The notes under the pieces: generated by a model | The model's input: the letters and a program-made list of their open reading frames with translations, nothing else | The model's database searches: none | What the model was told of the DNA's origin: nothing | DNA from: Nitrospirota bacterium | GTDB lineage: Bacteria > Nitrospirota > Thermodesulfovibrionia > Thermodesulfovibrionales > Dissulfurispiraceae | Length of the DNA: 64,000 bases | Direction: 5' to 3' | Assembly (NCBI GenBank): GCA_963710375.1 | Contig: CAVPZX010000005.1 | Span: 384,001 to 448,000 of the forward strand | Shown here: positions 1-12,866 of the stretch, one piece after another | Numbering within the stretch: the first letter of the stretch is position 1 | How the letters are laid out: every line of letters begins with the position of its first letter | Program-made: the position numbers and the translations under genes

Positions 1-3000
1 TCAGGATCGGAGTAGAGTAAGGGTCCCACTCGACCAGACGCTGGGCGGCATCCACCTTTTGCCCGTCTTCCACAAATATCCTTGCCCCATAGACAAGACT
101 GTATTTTTCTTTTTCGCGGCCTGTCTTATCGACAATGGCGAGCATGGCGTTCCGGTTGAGCACTATCAGAACGTCCTCCTTGTTTTTGACCGCGCTTACG
201 TCAATGAATTTTACAAACCCGGAATTCTTCGGCGCCAACGTAGCCTGCTCAATGATCTTTGTAGCAGCTCCACCGATATGGAAGGTCCTCATGGTGAGCT
301 GCGTGCCGGGCTCTCCTATAGACTGGGCAGCGATAATGCCTATCGACTCTCCGATCTCGATCTTGCCGCCCCTCGCAAGGTCTCTGCCATAGCATTTGCC
401 GCATACGCCGATCTTTGAGTGGCAGGTTAGCACAGAGCGTATCTTCACCCTATCAATGCCCGCATCCACGACCTTCCTTGCCAATTCGTCGTCAATTTCG
501 ACGTTTCTGTTTGCAATGATCTCATTGGTCACGGGATCTTTGAGAGTTTCGGCAAGCGTCCTGCCGAATATGCGCTCCTCAAGGGACTGAATAATTTCTC
601 CCCCCTCTATGAGCGGGATTACCGTAATCCCTTCCCTTGTGCCGCAGTCTTCTTCTATGAGGATAACGTCCTGGGCAACATCGACAAGTCTCCTGGTAAG
701 GTATCCCGCGTTGGCGGTTTTCAATGCGGTATCGGCAAGGCCCTTACGCGCACCGTGCGTTGAAATAAAGTACTGGAGCGGAGTAAGTCCTTCCCTGAAA
801 TTGGCGGTAATAGGCGTCTCTATGATCTCCCCCGAAGGCTTGGCCATCAGTCCCCTCATACCCGCAAGCTGGCGTATCTGGGCTGCGCTGCCTCTTGCTC
901 CGGAGTCAGCCATCATAAATATGCTGTTAAAGGAACGGCTCTCTTTAATTTCTTCTTCGGAGAGCGACTTGCCCTCCTCAGCGCCCAGTTCCTTCATCAT
1001 CTCATCGGCGACCTTCTCTGTAACGTTGGCCCAGATATCGATGACCTTGTTGTACCGCTCACCCTGGGTAATCAGACCGTCGGCATACTGCCGCTGGACC
1101 TCCATTACTTCCTGTTCAGCCTCTTTGATCAGCTCAGCCTTTTTAGACGGCACGTGCATATCATCGATGCAGATAGAAATGCCGGAGTTGGTAGCGTATT
1201 TGAATCCCAGCCGTTCGAGCTCATTCAGAAACACAACAGTATCCCGTTTCCCCGATACTTTATGTATATACTCGATCAGCTTTCCCAATTCCTTCTTAGT
1301 CAGTTCTCTGTTGGCCGCTTCAAAGGGTATATTCTTGGGCAGTATCTCGCTGAATATAATCCTTCCCACAGTTGTTTCGACAAAACCGCCGTTCATTCTT
1401 ACCTTGACGGCAGCGTGCTCATCAATAACCCCGGAGTCATAAGCAATACGCACATCATCGGTATCAGCGAACAGCTTCCCTTCACCCCTCGCCCCTTTCC
1501 TCTGCTTTGTCAGATAGTAGAGGCCGAGGACCATGTCCTGCGTAGGTACAACTACAGGCTTTCCGTTGGCCGGCGAAAGGAGGTTGTTTACCGAGAGCAT
1601 CAATACCCGCGCCTCTATTTGTGCTTCAACCGACAAGGGGACATGCACTGCCATCTGATCACCGTCAAAGTCGGCATTGAACGCCGTACAGACAAGCGGG
1701 TGCAGCTTTATGGCTTTCCCTTCCACCAGGACAGGGTCAAAAGCCTGTATTCCCAGGCGGTGCAGTGTCGGGGCACGGTTCAACAGCACGGGGTGCTCAC
1801 TTATGACGTCCTCGAGGGCATCCCATACTTCAGGCTGTTCATGCTCGACGAGCCTTTTTGCCTGCTTTATTGTCGTAGCGTAACCTTTCTCCTCAAGCTT
1901 GTTGAATACAAATGGTTTGAAAAGCTCAAGCGCCATGCGCTTGGGAAGGCCGCACTGGTTCATCTTGAGTTCGGGACCGACCACAACAACGGAACGGCCG
2001 GAATAGTCCACTCTCTTGCCGAGCAGGTTTTGCCTGAAACGTCCCTGTTTGCCTTTTATCATATCGCTGAGGGATTTAAGGGCGCGCTTGCCGCCTGCTT
2101 TCAACACTTTTGCCCGCTTGCTGTTATCGAAGAGTGCATCCACTGCTTCCTGGAGCATTCTTTTTTCATTCTTTATAATGACGCTTGGGGCCTTCAGTTC
2201 CATGAGCCGTTTAAGCCTGTTGTTCCTGTTGATTACTCGCCTGTACAGATCATTCAGGTCCGAGGTGGCGAAGCGGCCGCCGTCGAGAGGGACGAGGGGT
2301 CTCAGATCAGGGGGCAGCACAGGCACTATGTCAAGGATCATCCAGTCAGGCTTGTTCTCCGATCTCAGAAATGCTTCCACTGTTTTAATCCTTTTGGAGA
2401 GTTTCCTTTTTACGCCGATAGACGAGACAGAGTCGATTTTTTCCTTTAAATCGGCTGCCAGAGACTTAAGGTCTACCTTCCTCAAAAGCTCGCGTATGGC
2501 ATCGGCCCCCATTCCCGCCTTGAACCTGTTGCCGAATTCGGCAATCTTCTTCTTGTGTTCATCCTCGGTCAGCAGTTCCTTTTCTTTCAACGGAGTATCG
2601 CCGGCATCGATGACAATGTATTCTTCAAAATAAAGCACCTTTTCAAGCTGCCGTATGGTCATGTCGAGAAGAGTGCCTATCCTGCTCGGCACTCCACGGA
2701 GGAGCCACACATGTGCGACAGGTGTCGCCAACTCTATGTGCCCCATGCGCTCCCGTCTGACCTTTGACTGGATGACTTCAACGCCGCATTTGTCGCAGAT
2801 CACACCCCGATGTTTCATCCTTTTGTACTTTCCGCAGAGACATTCCCAGTCTTTTACAGGGCCGAATATTTTGGCGCAGAAAAGCCCGTCGCGTTCAGGC
2901 TTAAAAGTGCGGTAGTTAATGGTCTCCGGCTTTTTTACTTCTCCGTGGGACCATTCTCTGATCTTCTCAGGCGAAGCAAGTTTTATCCTTATTGCATCAA

Positions 3001-3052
3001 AGTCTTTAGGATTCTTCGGTTTTTGAAAAAGGGCATAAATATCTTCTATCAA
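1..3052 (-). CDS. rpoC: RNA polymerase beta' subunit (3' end runs off window)
   Basis: Manual minus-strand translation from TTG at 3052 (overlaps rpoB TGA): [49 protein letters not shown], Zn-finger Cys, catalytic NADFDGD. Absent from ORF track because it has no stop in the window. Confidence 0.98.
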   Translation of the reverse strand, partial: MIEDIYALFQKPKNPKDFDAIRIKLASPEKIREWSHGEVKKPETINYRTFKPERDGLFCAKIFGPVKDWECLCGKYKRMKHRGVICDKCGVEVIQSKVRRERMGHIELATPVAHVWLLRGVPSRIGTLLDMTIRQLEKVLYFEEYIVIDAGDTPLKEKELLTEDEHKKKIAEFGNRFKAGMGADAIRELLRKVDLKSLAADLKEKIDSVSSIGVKRKLSKRIKTVEAFLRSENKPDWMILDIVPVLPPDLRPLVPLDGGRFATSDLNDLYRRVINRNNRLKRLMELKAPSVIIKNEKRMLQEAVDALFDNSKRAKVLKAGGKRALKSLSDMIKGKQGRFRQNLLGKRVDYSGRSVVVVGPELKMNQCGLPKRMALELFKPFVFNKLEEKGYATTIKQAKRLVEHEQPEVWDALEDVISEHPVLLNRAPTLHRLGIQAFDPVLVEGKAIKLHPLVCTAFNADFDGDQMAVHVPLSVEAQIEARVLMLSVNNLLSPANGKPVVVPTQDMVLGLYYLTKQRKGARGEGKLFADTDDVRIAYDSGVIDEHAAVKVRMNGGFVETTVGRIIFSEILPKNIPFEAANRELTKKELGKLIEYIHKVSGKRDTVVFLNELERLGFKYATNSGISICIDDMHVPSKKAELIKEAEQEVMEVQRQYADGLITQGERYNKVIDIWANVTEKVADEMMKELGAEEGKSLSEEEIKESRSFNSIFMMADSGARGSAAQIRQLAGMRGLMAKPSGEIIETPITANFREGLTPLQYFISTHGARKGLADTALKTANAGYLTRRLVDVAQDVILIEEDCGTREGITVIPLIEGGEIIQSLEERIFGRTLAETLKDPVTNEIIANRNVEIDDELARKVVDAGIDRVKIRSVLTCHSKIGVCGKCYGRDLARGGKIEIGESIGIIAAQSIGEPGTQLTMRTFHIGGAATKIIEQATLAPKNSGFVKFIDVSAVKNKEDVLIVLNRNAMLAIVDKTGREKEKYSLVYGARIFVEDGQKVDAAQRLVEWDPYSTPIL

Positions 3053-6000
3053 GCTAATTCCTCCCTCTTTTTCTTTTTCTCCAGGAGTTCAACATCAAGA
3101 CCGAGACTCTGGAGTTCTTTTATTAATACATGGAAAGACTCGGGTACTCCGGGTTCCAGTATTGGATCACCTTTTACAATAGCCTCGTACATACGCGATC
3201 TTCCGCTGATGTCGTCGCTCTTCACCGTCAGGAATTCCTGCAGTGTATGAGCAGCGCCATATGCTTCCAATGCCCACACTTCCATTTCACCAAGCCGCTG
3301 GCCGCCAAACTGGGCCTTGCCGCCAAGAGGCTGCTGTGTTACAAGAGAGTATGGTCCGATAGAGCGGGCATGTATCTTGTCGGCAACAAGGTGATGTAAT
3401 TTCAGCATATACATGCATCCAACCGTAACCGGTCTCTGGAACGGCTCACCTGTCTTCCCGTCGTGCAGCGTGATCTGTCCGCTGGTAGGCAGGTCGGCTT
3501 TTTTTAGAAGGTCCTTGATCTCGCTTTCTTTGGCCCCTTCAAAAACAGGTGTCGATACGTAGAGGCCGAGTGTCCTGGCTGCCCAGCCCAGATGAATTTC
3601 GAGTATCTGTCCAACGTTCATTCGAGAAGGTACACCGAGTGGATTCAGGACAAAATCAACTGGCGTGCCGTCGGGAAGATAAGGCATGTCTTCTTCCGGC
3701 AGCACCATTGACACGACGCCCTTGTTACCATGGCGTCCTGCCATTTTATCGCCTACCTGTATTTTCCGCTTCATTGCAATAAACACTTTGACCACTTTGT
3801 TGACGCCGGGAGACAGCTCGTCTCCTTTCTTGATCCGTTCCAGGCGCTCCTGGTAACGCGATTCCAGTAACTTAATATATTGGATGCTTGCAGTATTGAC
3901 GGTCTCTATCTGTGCCCTTGCATCGGCATTTTCGATCTTTACCCTGAGGAGATGGTCGTCCTTAATCCTTGCCACCAGCGCATCTGTCAGCTTCTTGCCC
4001 TTCAGGCCTATCGGTTCTTTGGTCTTCGGATCATTGAAATCCTCGGCTGGTTTCTGATTGACCAATAGCTTTCTTATCTTTGACGCACGCTCTTCTTTGA
4101 GAATCTTTGTCTCCTCTTCAAGGTCCCGCTGCAACTTGATTATATCGTCTTCTTCTATGCTCTTCGTCCTCTTGTCCTTTTCAACTCCCTTTCTGGAAAG
4201 GATCCTGACATCAACAATAACACCCTCGATGCCGGGGGGCACATAAAGGCAGCTTTCCTTTACCTCCTCAGCTTTCTCGCCGAATATGGCGCGCAGCAGT
4301 TTTTCCTCGGGGGTCAGCATTGTTTCGCCTTTGGGTGTGACCTTGCCGACAATAATATCGCCTGGTTTAACCTCAGCACCTATCCTGATGATGCCGCTTT
4401 CGTCGAGGTCTTTTAACGCTTCCTCTCCAACATTAGGGATGTCCCTGGTGATGTCTTCGGGCCCGAGTTTTGTGTCACGGGCTTCAGCTTGAAATTCTTC
4501 TATGTGTATCGAGGTATAAACATCATCCTTGACCAATCTTTCATTGAGAAGTATGGCATCCTCAAAGTTGTAACCTCCCCAGGGCATGAAGGCAACAGTC
4601 ACATTTTTCCCCAGCGCAAGTTCGCCGAGATCGGTCGAAGGGCCGTCAGCCAATGCACTGCCTTGCTCAACTATATCCCCGACGTTAACAATAGGCTTCT
4701 GGTTCATGCAGGTGCCCTGATTGGAGCGATCGAATTTGACGAGGTTGTAAATGTCAACTGCTCCCTCTTCAGTTGCCCGGACCACTATCCTGGCAGAGTC
4801 AACGCTTTCAACAATTCCTGCCCGTTTTGCGAGTACCAGCCATCCCGAATCTTTCGCGGCAGCGTGTTCCATGCCTGTGCCTACAATCGGCGCATCCGGC
4901 ACTAACACAGGGACAGCCTGGCGCTGCATATTGGAACCCATAAGGGCCCTGTTCGCGTCGTCATTTTCGAGGAAAGGGATCAGGGCTGCAGACACGCTGA
5001 CAATCTGTTTAGGAGAAACGTCCATATACTGGACCTCTTCGGGCGCGACTATTTTAAAATCTCCGCCGACCCTTGCAGACACGGCCCCGCCCAGGAGATT
5101 CCCTTTCTTGTCGATTGATGACGTCGCCTCCGCAATAATATTGTTCTCACCTTGTATGGCTGACAAGTATACGATTTCTTTTGTCACGCGGCCCTGCTGG
5201 ACCTTTCTGTAAGGCGCCTCTATGAATCCAAAATCATTGATCTTGGCATATGATGCGAGCGATGTTATAAGGCCTATGTTGGGTCCTTCAGGGGTCTCGA
5301 TAGGACATATCCTGCCGTAGTGCGTAGGATGGACGTCCCTTACTTCAAAACCGGCCCTTTCACGCGTTAGTCCACCCGGTCCAAGGGCGGAAAGCCTTCT
5401 CTTGTGGGTTATCTCAGAAAGTGGATTGGTTTGGTCCATAAACTGGCTCAACTGGCTCGAACCGAAAAACTCCTTTACCGCAGCCATGACCGGTTTAGCG
5501 TTAATCAGGTCATGCGGCATTGCACTTTCGAGTTCGGTGAGCGTCATCTTCTCCTTGATGGCGCGTTCCATGCGCACCAGCCCTATCCTGAAATGGTTTT
5601 CGAGGAGTTCTCCAATACCTCGTATCCGCCTGTTGCCCAGATGGTCTATATCATCGACTTCCCCTTTGCCAGTTCTGAGATTGAGAAGGTAGCGCACAAT
5701 CTCGACAATGTCGGCGTCTGTCAGGACTCTCGTAGTGAGAGGCACATTAAGACCGAGTTTCTCATTGACTTTCAGCCTGCCCACCGGTGAAAGGTCATAC
5801 CTCTTCGGATCAAAAAACAGACCGTTGAAAAGTTCCCGGGCAGCATCCTCGGTCGCAGGCTCTCCAGGTCTCAGTTTCCGGTAAATCTCCTTAAGGGCCT
5901 CTTCCTGTTTCGCCACTTTGTCGGTCAGGAGAGTCTCTCTGAATGAGGACAGGTAGTTAACGTTGTCAATAAAAAGCAGGTGCAATGTCGTGATCTTCAA

Positions 6001-6990
6001 AGAAAGGATAGTGTAGAACACCTCTTCGGTTATTTCCTTGTTTCCATCGAGAATAATCTCTCCAGTTGCTGGGTTGACTATGTCGGTGAGTGTGACCCTG
6101 CCGATTATGTCGCTGTTTGACAGAGGGATTTCCTTTATCCCCGATGTCTCCATTTTCTTAAGCGCCGCCTTGGTGATCTTGCTGGCTTCCCTTACGATTA
6201 CCTCATTTGTGTTAGGAGCTATGATATTCTGCTTCGCACGAACTCCGGCAAGGACCTCGCTGACTACTCGCGTGTAGTTGTCTTTGCCCTTAATCCTTAT
6301 CTCTTCCACTGGATAGAAAGTCCGCAGAAGGTCCTCATTGGAATAACCAAGAGCCTTCAGCACAATCGTTGCGGGCAATTTCCGGCGCCGGTCTATCCTC
6401 ACATAAAGTATGTCCTTAGAATCAAACTCGAAGTCCAGCCAGGAACCCCTTGCAGGGATTGCACGTGCTGTATATAAAAGCCTCCCGCTCGCATGCGTCT
6501 TGCCCTTGTCAGGCGCAAAATAAACGCCCGGGGAGCGATGCAGCTGGCTGACAATTACCCGCTCAGTTCCATTTATGATAAAGCTTCCTGTATCAGTCAT
6601 TACAGGCATGTCGCCGATATAGACTTCCTGTTCGCGGGATTCTTTCAGGCGCTTATTTCCACGATCATCCTTCTCCCATATGTTGAGTTTCACCTTTATC
6701 CGCAGCGGCGCTGCATAGGTCAGGCCTTTGAGTATGCACTCGCGGGGTGTCAGCTTTGAATCACTCAACGTATATGAGATAAAGTCTATGGATGCAGTAT
6801 CATTGTAATCAGTTATAGGGAAAACACTGTTAAACGCCGAATGCAGTCCTTCATCTGTCCGCTGTTCAGGTGCATCGTCCTTCTGCAGGAATCTTTCAAA
6901 GGACCTTTTTTGGAATTCCACAAGGTAGGGGACTTCCAGAACCAACGGAACTTTCCCGAAATTTACTCTCTCTCTCAGAAGCTTAGCCAT
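3049..6990 (-). CDS. rpoB: RNA polymerase beta subunit
   Basis: 1313 aa; motifs [36 protein letters not shown]. Confidence 0.99.
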   Translation of the reverse strand: MAKLLRERVNFGKVPLVLEVPYLVEFQKRSFERFLQKDDAPEQRTDEGLHSAFNSVFPITDYNDTASIDFISYTLSDSKLTPRECILKGLTYAAPLRIKVKLNIWEKDDRGNKRLKESREQEVYIGDMPVMTDTGSFIINGTERVIVSQLHRSPGVYFAPDKGKTHASGRLLYTARAIPARGSWLDFEFDSKDILYVRIDRRRKLPATIVLKALGYSNEDLLRTFYPVEEIRIKGKDNYTRVVSEVLAGVRAKQNIIAPNTNEVIVREASKITKAALKKMETSGIKEIPLSNSDIIGRVTLTDIVNPATGEIILDGNKEITEEVFYTILSLKITTLHLLFIDNVNYLSSFRETLLTDKVAKQEEALKEIYRKLRPGEPATEDAARELFNGLFFDPKRYDLSPVGRLKVNEKLGLNVPLTTRVLTDADIVEIVRYLLNLRTGKGEVDDIDHLGNRRIRGIGELLENHFRIGLVRMERAIKEKMTLTELESAMPHDLINAKPVMAAVKEFFGSSQLSQFMDQTNPLSEITHKRRLSALGPGGLTRERAGFEVRDVHPTHYGRICPIETPEGPNIGLITSLASYAKINDFGFIEAPYRKVQQGRVTKEIVYLSAIQGENNIIAEATSSIDKKGNLLGGAVSARVGGDFKIVAPEEVQYMDVSPKQIVSVSAALIPFLENDDANRALMGSNMQRQAVPVLVPDAPIVGTGMEHAAAKDSGWLVLAKRAGIVESVDSARIVVRATEEGAVDIYNLVKFDRSNQGTCMNQKPIVNVGDIVEQGSALADGPSTDLGELALGKNVTVAFMPWGGYNFEDAILLNERLVKDDVYTSIHIEEFQAEARDTKLGPEDITRDIPNVGEEALKDLDESGIIRIGAEVKPGDIIVGKVTPKGETMLTPEEKLLRAIFGEKAEEVKESCLYVPPGIEGVIVDVRILSRKGVEKDKRTKSIEEDDIIKLQRDLEEETKILKEERASKIRKLLVNQKPAEDFNDPKTKEPIGLKGKKLTDALVARIKDDHLLRVKIENADARAQIETVNTASIQYIKLLESRYQERLERIKKGDELSPGVNKVVKVFIAMKRKIQVGDKMAGRHGNKGVVSMVLPEEDMPYLPDGTPVDFVLNPLGVPSRMNVGQILEIHLGWAARTLGLYVSTPVFEGAKESEIKDLLKKADLPTSGQITLHDGKTGEPFQRPVTVGCMYMLKLHHLVADKIHARSIGPYSLVTQQPLGGKAQFGGQRLGEMEVWALEAYGAAHTLQEFLTVKSDDISGRSRMYEAIVKGDPILEPGVPESFHVLIKELQSLGLDVELLEKKKKREELA

Positions 6991-7009
6991 AGGTCTCCTT
7001 CTTTAAAAT

Positions 7010-7108
7010 CAGGTTGAGGTTTAGGTTAAGGTTAAGTAAAATCAAAGACAAAGGCAATCTAAATGCAGATTTGTTCCTCATCTTGCCCTCAACCTTAACC
7101 TTAACCTG
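7010..7108. repeat. Hexamer inverted-repeat element (AGGTTR)n...(YAACCT)n
   Basis: Between rplL and rpoB. Related copies at about 10338-10408, 12247-12321, 21030-21106, 22481-22544, 38206-38302; AGGTAN/AGGCAN variants at about 28881-28976, 34292-34361, 56455-56527. Confidence 0.85.
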
Positions 7109-7119
7109 TCTTTCCCGTG

Positions 7120-7503
7120 TTATTTTATTTCTACTTTAGCCCCTTCTGCCTCGAGTTTGGCCTTGATTGAGTCAGCTTCTTCCTTTGAGACGCCTGTCTT
7201 GACCGGCTTGGGCGCACTATCTACCACGTCTTTGGCTTCTTTGAGACCGAGACTGGTGATTTCCCTTACGACTTTGATGACCTGAATTTTCTTGTCACCG
7301 ACTGCTGTCAGAATAACATCAAAACTCGACTTTTCTTCAGCCGCAGCAGGCGCGCCGGCCGCAGCACCCGGCGCTGCAGCAACCGCAACCGGGGCAGCCG
7401 CGGTTACCCCGTAGCGCTCCTCGAATTCCTTAATAAACTTCGACATCTCGAGAATAGTCATATTATCAATGAAACCGAATACATCATCCTTTGTAACAGC
7501 CAT
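7120..7503 (-). CDS. rplL: 50S ribosomal protein L7/L12
   Basis: Ala-rich hinge, [20 protein letters not shown]; position before rpoB. Confidence 0.98.
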   Translation of the reverse strand: MAVTKDDVFGFIDNMTILEMSKFIKEFEERYGVTAAAPVAVAAAPGAAAGAPAAAEEKSSFDVILTAVGDKKIQVIKVVREITSLGLKEAKDVVDSAPKPVKTGVSKEEADSIKAKLEAEGAKVEIK

Positions 7504-7517
7504 CTAAATGTCCTCCT

Positions 7518-8039
7518 TTATGTACTTTTTTTATTTTTTACCGCTTCTAAAGCGTAAGCAAATTGAGCTATAGTTGCATTCAGCGCACAGGCCAGTTTAG
7601 CTGCAGGAGCCTGGAAGGTCCCTGCCATCATGCCAAGAAGAATATTCCTCGGCGGCAGCTTTGAAATGGCTTTAAGTTCATCAAATGAGAAGAGTTTCCC
7701 TTCAACAATGCCGCTCTTGATTTTGAGCTTGTCGTTCTTTGCGGAATACTCAAGTAACTTTTTGGCGGCGGCTACCGGATCATCAAAACCGAACGCGACA
7801 GCGGTAGGGCCCACAAAAAAGTCTTTAGCTGCTTCTACGGGGGTGCCTTTTACCGCGATAGCGATCAGCGTATTCTTTGCAACCTTATATTCTGCGTTGA
7901 CTTCCTTCAAGAGCTTTCGAAGGTTGGCGATCTCGGCTACAGTCAGCCCTTTGTACTCCGTGAAAACAACAGCTTTTGACCGTGAAAACTTTTCAGTCAG
8001 TTCCGTTATTTGTTGGGATTTTTTTTCCTTGGTAATCAA
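7518..8039 (-). CDS. rplJ: 50S ribosomal protein L10
   Basis: YKGLTVAEIANLRK...KVAKNTL; TTG start with AGGAGG SD. Confidence 0.97.
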   Translation of the reverse strand: MITKEKKSQQITELTEKFSRSKAVVFTEYKGLTVAEIANLRKLLKEVNAEYKVAKNTLIAIAVKGTPVEAAKDFFVGPTAVAFGFDDPVAAAKKLLEYSAKNDKLKIKSGIVEGKLFSFDELKAISKLPPRNILLGMMAGTFQAPAAKLACALNATIAQFAYALEAVKNKKST

Positions 8040-8067
8040 ATGCTTCCTCCTTTCCTAGAGACCATCT

Positions 8068-8167
8068 TTCAGCAGGCAGTAAGCAGTATAAGTAAGCAGT
8101 AGGCAGTAAATACTTCAGCAGGCAGTAAGCAGTCTACTGCTTACTTATACTCTTTACTGCATACTCG
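8068..8167. repeat. Heptamer (AGTAAGC)n...(TACTGCT)n element with a 20-bp direct duplication
   Basis: TTCAGCAGGCAGTAAGCAGT occurs at 8068 and 8114; lies between the L10 leader and the rplJ SD. Confidence 0.75.
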
Positions 8168-8175
8168 TTCTTTTC

Positions 8176-8250
8176 TGTCACTGTCTCGGTAGGCTGGCCG
8201 GTATAGCTGCCAATTAAAGTATGCCGTACTACCTACTGTCTCCGACTAGT
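8176..8250 (-). promoter_or_regulatory. L10 leader (autogenous rplJL regulatory RNA)
   Basis: Minus strand GGAGACAGTAGG...TTTAA...CCTACCGAGAC upstream of rplJ, fitting the L10-leader pattern; boundaries approximate. Confidence 0.7.
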
Positions 8251-8399
8251 ATCTAAACAGGCAAAGCCTGTATAAAAACATAGGCAATAGGCGAGAGGTT
8301 AAAGGCTAAAGGTAAAAGACAGAACACGGACATGCTTTCATTTATATTTTGTGCCTTTATTAACCCTTTAGCCATTTGCCTCTTGCCTTTCGCCAGCTG

Positions 8400-9089
8400 T
8401 TAACCCACTTTTAGTCTGGCGACATCAAGTTTAATTCCAAGTCCCATGGTTGATGACATTGTGATTTTCTTTATATACTTCCCTTTTGAAGAAGAGGGCT
8501 TTGCCTTTACTACGGCCTTCAACACAGCCGCTGTATTTTCCAGGAGCTTTTCTTTATCGAACGAAACCTTTCCTACCGGCACATGCACAATGCCCGCTTT
8601 CTCAACTTTATATTCAACCTTGCCCGCCTTTATCTCCTTAACAGCCTTACCGATGTCAAACGTCACTGTGCCCAGTTTGGGATTTGGCATAAGTCCTCTC
8701 GGTCCGAGCAGCTTGCCGAGTTTGCCTACCATTCCCATCAAGTCGGGTGTTGCCACAGCCTTGTCAAAATCCAGCCATCCTTTCTGGATTTTTTCAACCA
8801 TGTCCTCAGCACCAACGAAATCCGCGCCAGCCTCTCTCGCCTCTTTTTCCTTTTCTCCCTTTGCAAATGCCAGCACACGCACAGGTTTTCCTGTTCCATA
8901 AGGGAGCACAACGGTCCCCCTTACCATCTGGTCGGACTTCTTTGCATCAACACCGAGGTTTATTGCGATATCAACCGTCTCGTCGAACTTTGCAACCATG
9001 TTCTCCTTAACCAGAGTTATTGCTTCCTCGATGGTGTATTCTTTATTTGTATCAACCTTTGCCGCCGCATTGTCAAATTTCTTGCCCAT
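8400..9089 (-). CDS. rplA: 50S ribosomal protein L1
   Basis: [31 protein letters not shown]; start trimmed to MGKKF. Confidence 0.98.
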   Translation of the reverse strand: MGKKFDNAAAKVDTNKEYTIEEAITLVKENMVAKFDETVDIAINLGVDAKKSDQMVRGTVVLPYGTGKPVRVLAFAKGEKEKEAREAGADFVGAEDMVEKIQKGWLDFDKAVATPDLMGMVGKLGKLLGPRGLMPNPKLGTVTFDIGKAVKEIKAGKVEYKVEKAGIVHVPVGKVSFDKEKLLENTAAVLKAVVKAKPSSSKGKYIKKITMSSTMGLGIKLDVARLKVG

Positions 9090-9103
9090 TTGCTCGCTCC
9101 TCC

Positions 9104-9532
9104 TCAATCCTTTATTTCCACACCCATGCTTCTGGCGGTGCCCTTGATAATCCGTGCCGCAGATTCAAGCGATGTGGTATTCAGGTCGGGCAATTTTGTC
9201 TTTGCTATCTCTTCCACCTGGGCATTAGTCAAGGCGCCGACCTTATCCTTGTTGGGAACACCCGAGCCCTTTACAATGCCTGCCGCCTTCTTGATGAGTT
9301 CCGATGCAGGCGGCGTCTTAAGCACAAACGTAAAGGACCTGTCATTATAAATGTTTAACACTGCTGGGATTAGCGTATCGCCCATGCTCTGGGTCTGTGC
9401 ATTGAACTGTTTGCAGAATTCCATAATATTGATCCCGTGCGGTCCGAGCGCCGGTCCTACAGGTGGCGCCGGGTTCGCCTTTCCAGCAGGTATCACGAGC
9501 TTAACCTGTGCAATTACCTCTTTCTTAGCCAT
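9104..9532 (-). CDS. rplK: 50S ribosomal protein L11
   Basis: [22 protein letters not shown]. Confidence 0.98.
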   Translation of the reverse strand: MAKKEVIAQVKLVIPAGKANPAPPVGPALGPHGINIMEFCKQFNAQTQSMGDTLIPAVLNIYNDRSFTFVLKTPPASELIKKAAGIVKGSGVPNKDKVGALTNAQVEEIAKTKLPDLNTTSLESAARIIKGTARSMGVEIKD

Positions 9533-9598
9533 TTATAACCTCCAAAAATTTCTTTTTCTTTGACCCAGTGCCCATAGCCCATTGCCCATAGCCTGTCT

Positions 9599-10123
9599 TT
9601 AAGCTTTTTCCACCTGCGAGAAGGCCAATTCAACTGGTGTCTGCCTCCCGAATATGCTCACCAGAACACGCATCCTTCCGTGGTCCATATCGACTTCATC
9701 CACATAGCCGACAAAATTGCTGAACGGGCCGTCGATGATTCTTACGTTTTCACCCTTTTCATACTGACTCTTTACCATAGGGGCAGGTCCTTTTTCGATC
9801 TGCTGAAGTATAACTTCGACCTCTTCTTCAGGAAGCGGTACCGGCCTGGCCCCCCCTACAAAGCCTGTGACACGTGGAGCATTCTTGACGAGATGCCACG
9901 TATCGTCATCAAGCTCCATTTCTACAAGGATGTAACCAGGATAAAACTTCCTGTTGGTCTCCTTCTTCTTTTTCCCCTTGAGTTCGACAACCTTTTCGGT
10001 GGGGATCAGTATCCTGGTAATTTTTTCCTCAAGGGATTTCAGTTTGACTTTCTCTTCAATGGAAATCTTTACCTTTTCTTCGTAGCCCGAATATGTGTGC
10101 ACAACGTACCAGCTCTTAGCCAT
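9599..10123 (-). CDS. nusG: Transcription termination/antitermination factor NusG
   Basis: WYVVHTYSGYE, FYPGYILVEM, KOW GPF...IFGRQTPVEL. Confidence 0.98.
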   Translation of the reverse strand: MAKSWYVVHTYSGYEEKVKISIEEKVKLKSLEEKITRILIPTEKVVELKGKKKKETNRKFYPGYILVEMELDDDTWHLVKNAPRVTGFVGGARPVPLPEEEVEVILQQIEKGPAPMVKSQYEKGENVRIIDGPFSNFVGYVDEVDMDHGRMRVLVSIFGRQTPVELAFSQVEKA

Positions 10124-10131
10124 CGCCCCTC

Positions 10132-10317
10132 TTACCGTATGAGTAATTTCACAATTTTAGACAGACTCAGATCGACAATACCCAGAAACACCGAGACGAT
10201 TATCACCGTAATAATAACGACCCGTGTAGAGCCCAGAAGATCGTCCCTTGATGGATAATTGACCTTCTTTGCCTCTGTTTTCACTTCTTTGAAAAAGGTT
10301 TTCAACTTGTCCAGCAT
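10132..10317 (-). CDS. secE: Preprotein translocase subunit SecE
   Basis: EAKKVNYPSR followed by one TM helix; upstream of nusG. Confidence 0.95.
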   Translation of the reverse strand: MLDKLKTFFKEVKTEAKKVNYPSRDDLLGSTRVVIITVIIVSVFLGIVDLSLSKIVKLLIR

Positions 10318-10415
10318 TCCGTCTCCTTAAATTGCAAAGTTAAGGTTGAGGTTCAGGTTAAGAATTTAGATGCTTTAAAATCTTAGCCTCAACCTTAGAC
10401 TTAACCTGCCTATTA

Positions 10416-10491
10416 TGGCAGGCCAGGAGGGATTTGAACCCCCAGCCCTCGGATTTGGAGTCCGATGCTCTGCCGTTAGAGCTACTGGCCT
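10416..10491 (-). tRNA. tRNA-Trp (CCA)
   Basis: Cloverleaf; anticodon arm TCGGA-CT-CCA-AA-TCCGA; encoded CCA end. Confidence 0.95.
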
Positions 10492-10495
10492 ATCC

Positions 10496-10648
10496 TTATG
10501 CTTTTGTCTCCTTATGCACGCTATGCTTTCTGCAATGCCTGCAATATTTCTTGAGCTGGAGTTTCTCGGTTGTATTCTTCTTGTTCTTCATGTTGGAATA
10601 ATTTTTATTTTTGCACTCAGTGCACTGAAACAGGATTATATCTCTCAT
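10496..10648 (-). CDS. rpmG: 50S ribosomal protein L33 (Zn-binding CxxC/CxxC type)
   Basis: Manual translation [50 protein letters not shown] (50 aa, below track cutoff). Confidence 0.96.
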   Translation of the reverse strand: MRDIILFQCTECKNKNYSNMKNKKNTTEKLQLKKYCRHCRKHSVHKETKA

Positions 10649-10651
10649 GGG

Positions 10652-11851
10652 TTACTCCAGTATTTCCGTAACAACACCGGCGCCAACTGTCCTGCCGCCC
10701 TCGCGTATGGCAAACCGCAGTTCCTTCTCCATCGCTATGGGCGCTATCATCTCTACCGATATCGTTACATTGTCGCCAGGCATTACCATCTCTATCCCCT
10801 CAGGCAACGTCGCCACCCCTGTCACGTCCGTTGTCCTGAAATAGAACTGCGGACGATATCCGTTGAAAAACGGGGTGTGTCTGCCCCCCTCTTCCTTCGT
10901 CAGTATGTACGCCTCTGCCTTGAACTTCGTGTGCGGGGTTATACTGCCCGGCTTTGCCAGCACCATGCCCCTCTCCACTTCGTCCTTCCCTGTTCCCCTG
11001 AGCAGTACCCCTATATTGTCTCCGGCACGCCCTTCATCCAGCAGCTTCCTGAACATCTCCACCCCGGTAGCCACTGTCTTCCTCGTCTCCCTCAACCCCA
11101 CTATCTCTACTTCCTCTCCTACCTTCACTATCCCGCGCTCTACCCTTCCTGTCACTACCGTGCCCCTTCCAGATATCGAAAATACATCCTCTATCGGCAT
11201 GATGAACGGCTTGTCCACAGGCCGCTCTGGCGTCGGTATGTAACTGTCAACAGCATCGCCAAGCTCAAGTATGCACTTGTACTCAGGCGCATTGGGATCA
11301 TTGCTCGGGCTCTCCATCGCCTTCAGCGCGCTGCCCCTTATTATAGGTATCTCATTGCCCGGAAATCCGTACTTCACCAACAACTCCCTTACTTCAAGCT
11401 CCACCAGGTCCAATAGCTCAGGGTCATCCACCATGTCCACTTTATTCATAAATACCACCATGTACGGCACCCCTACCTGACGCGCCAGCAGTATGTGCTC
11501 CCTTGTCTGCGGCATCGGCCCGTCCGCTGCGCTCACTACCAATATCGCGCCGTCCATCTGCGCTGCACCGGTGATCATGTTCTTTACATAGTCGGCATGC
11601 CCCGGACAGTCTACATGTGCATAGTGACGCTTCTCTGTCTCGTACTCCACATGCGCTGTCGCTATCGTTATACCACGAGCCTTCTCTTCAGGCGCGTTGT
11701 CTATCTGATCATATGCCTTGTACTGTGCCAGGCCCTTCATCGCTAATACCTTGGTTATCGCCGCCGTCAATGTCGTCTTGCCATGGTCAACATGCCCTAT
11801 CGTCCCCACGTTCGCGTGCGGCTTTACCCTCTCAAATTTCGCCTTAGCCAT
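10652..11851 (-). CDS. tuf: Elongation factor Tu
   Basis: [36 protein letters not shown]. Confidence 0.99.
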   Translation of the reverse strand: MAKAKFERVKPHANVGTIGHVDHGKTTLTAAITKVLAMKGLAQYKAYDQIDNAPEEKARGITIATAHVEYETEKRHYAHVDCPGHADYVKNMITGAAQMDGAILVVSAADGPMPQTREHILLARQVGVPYMVVFMNKVDMVDDPELLDLVELEVRELLVKYGFPGNEIPIIRGSALKAMESPSNDPNAPEYKCILELGDAVDSYIPTPERPVDKPFIMPIEDVFSISGRGTVVTGRVERGIVKVGEEVEIVGLRETRKTVATGVEMFRKLLDEGRAGDNIGVLLRGTGKDEVERGMVLAKPGSITPHTKFKAEAYILTKEEGGRHTPFFNGYRPQFYFRTTDVTGVATLPEGIEMVMPGDNVTISVEMIAPIAMEKELRFAIREGGRTVGAGVVTEILE

Positions 11852-11894
11852 ATCTCTCCCCCCTCAGTAAATTAGGAATTCGTAATCATCTCAA

Positions 11895-11967
11895 AGCCCA
11901 TGATCGGAATCGAACCGATGACCTCATCCTTACCAAGGATGTGCTCTGCCGACTGAGCTACATGGGC
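11895..11967 (-). tRNA. tRNA-Thr (GGT)
   Basis: Anticodon arm CATCC-TT-GGT-AA-GGATG; T-loop TTCGATT. Confidence 0.95.
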
Positions 11968-11970
11968 AAG

Positions 11971-12042
11971 AGCGGGAAACGGGATTCGAACCCGCGACCC
12001 TCAGCTTGGAAGGCTGACGCTCTACCGCTGAGCTACTCCCGC
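11971..12042 (-). tRNA. tRNA-Gly (TCC)
   Basis: Anticodon arm TCAGC-CT-TCC-AA-GCTGA. Confidence 0.95.
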
Positions 12043-12154
12043 AATCAGCAAATGTATAGTATAAACTAAAAAAGAGATTAATGCTATAGCCGTCTATACT
12101 ATTCATGCTGTTCCGGAAAACCATGCCGCCCCATTTGTCAGCCCCATTAGCTTA

Positions 12155-12239
<85 letters not shown>

Positions 12240-12331
12240 TGAAAATCAGGTTAAGGTTAAGGCAAGCGAAGAAAAAAGTTCTTAATGTTTTTTACTTAAC
12301 CTTAACCTCAACCTTAACCTGTCTTTTACAA

Positions 12332-12404
<73 letters not shown>

Positions 12405-12525
12405 TTGAACTTTTTAATATAGGGTAAATATTATAATATTGTCAATCCCATTTTTGCAACATATCTCAACAAGAATTGACTTTTAATCAGCCGATTAATT
12501 AAAGTAAGAACTTCGGTTCATTATA

Positions 12526-12600
<75 letters not shown>

Positions 12601-12603
12601 TTT

Positions 12604-12677
<74 letters not shown>

Positions 12678-12740
12678 CTTGGAAGCTTTATCGCGGACAC
12701 AGAATAATCGAGCATTTTCGTTTAACGCTGTGCGCGTTAT

Positions 12741-12817
12741 GGTGGGCGTAGTTCAATGGTTAGAGCACTGGATTGTGGATCCAGACGTTGGGGGTTCGAG
12801 TCCCCTCGCCCACCCCA
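12741..12817 (+). tRNA. tRNA-His (GTG)
   Basis: G-1, anticodon arm CTGGA-TT-GTG-GA-TCCAG, CCA end. Confidence 0.95.
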
Positions 12818-12866
12818 TTTGCAACCCTCAGCAAGACAATATCAGCTATGGTTATTTCTTTGCGCA

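Noticed and set aside
59..3250. Long plus-strand ORFs (e.g. 1154-2449, 431 aa)
   Set aside because: Antisense shadows of rpoC/rpoB, which are unambiguous on the minus strand.
10415..11416. 333-aa plus-strand ORF
   Set aside because: Antisense to tRNA-Trp, rpmG and tuf.
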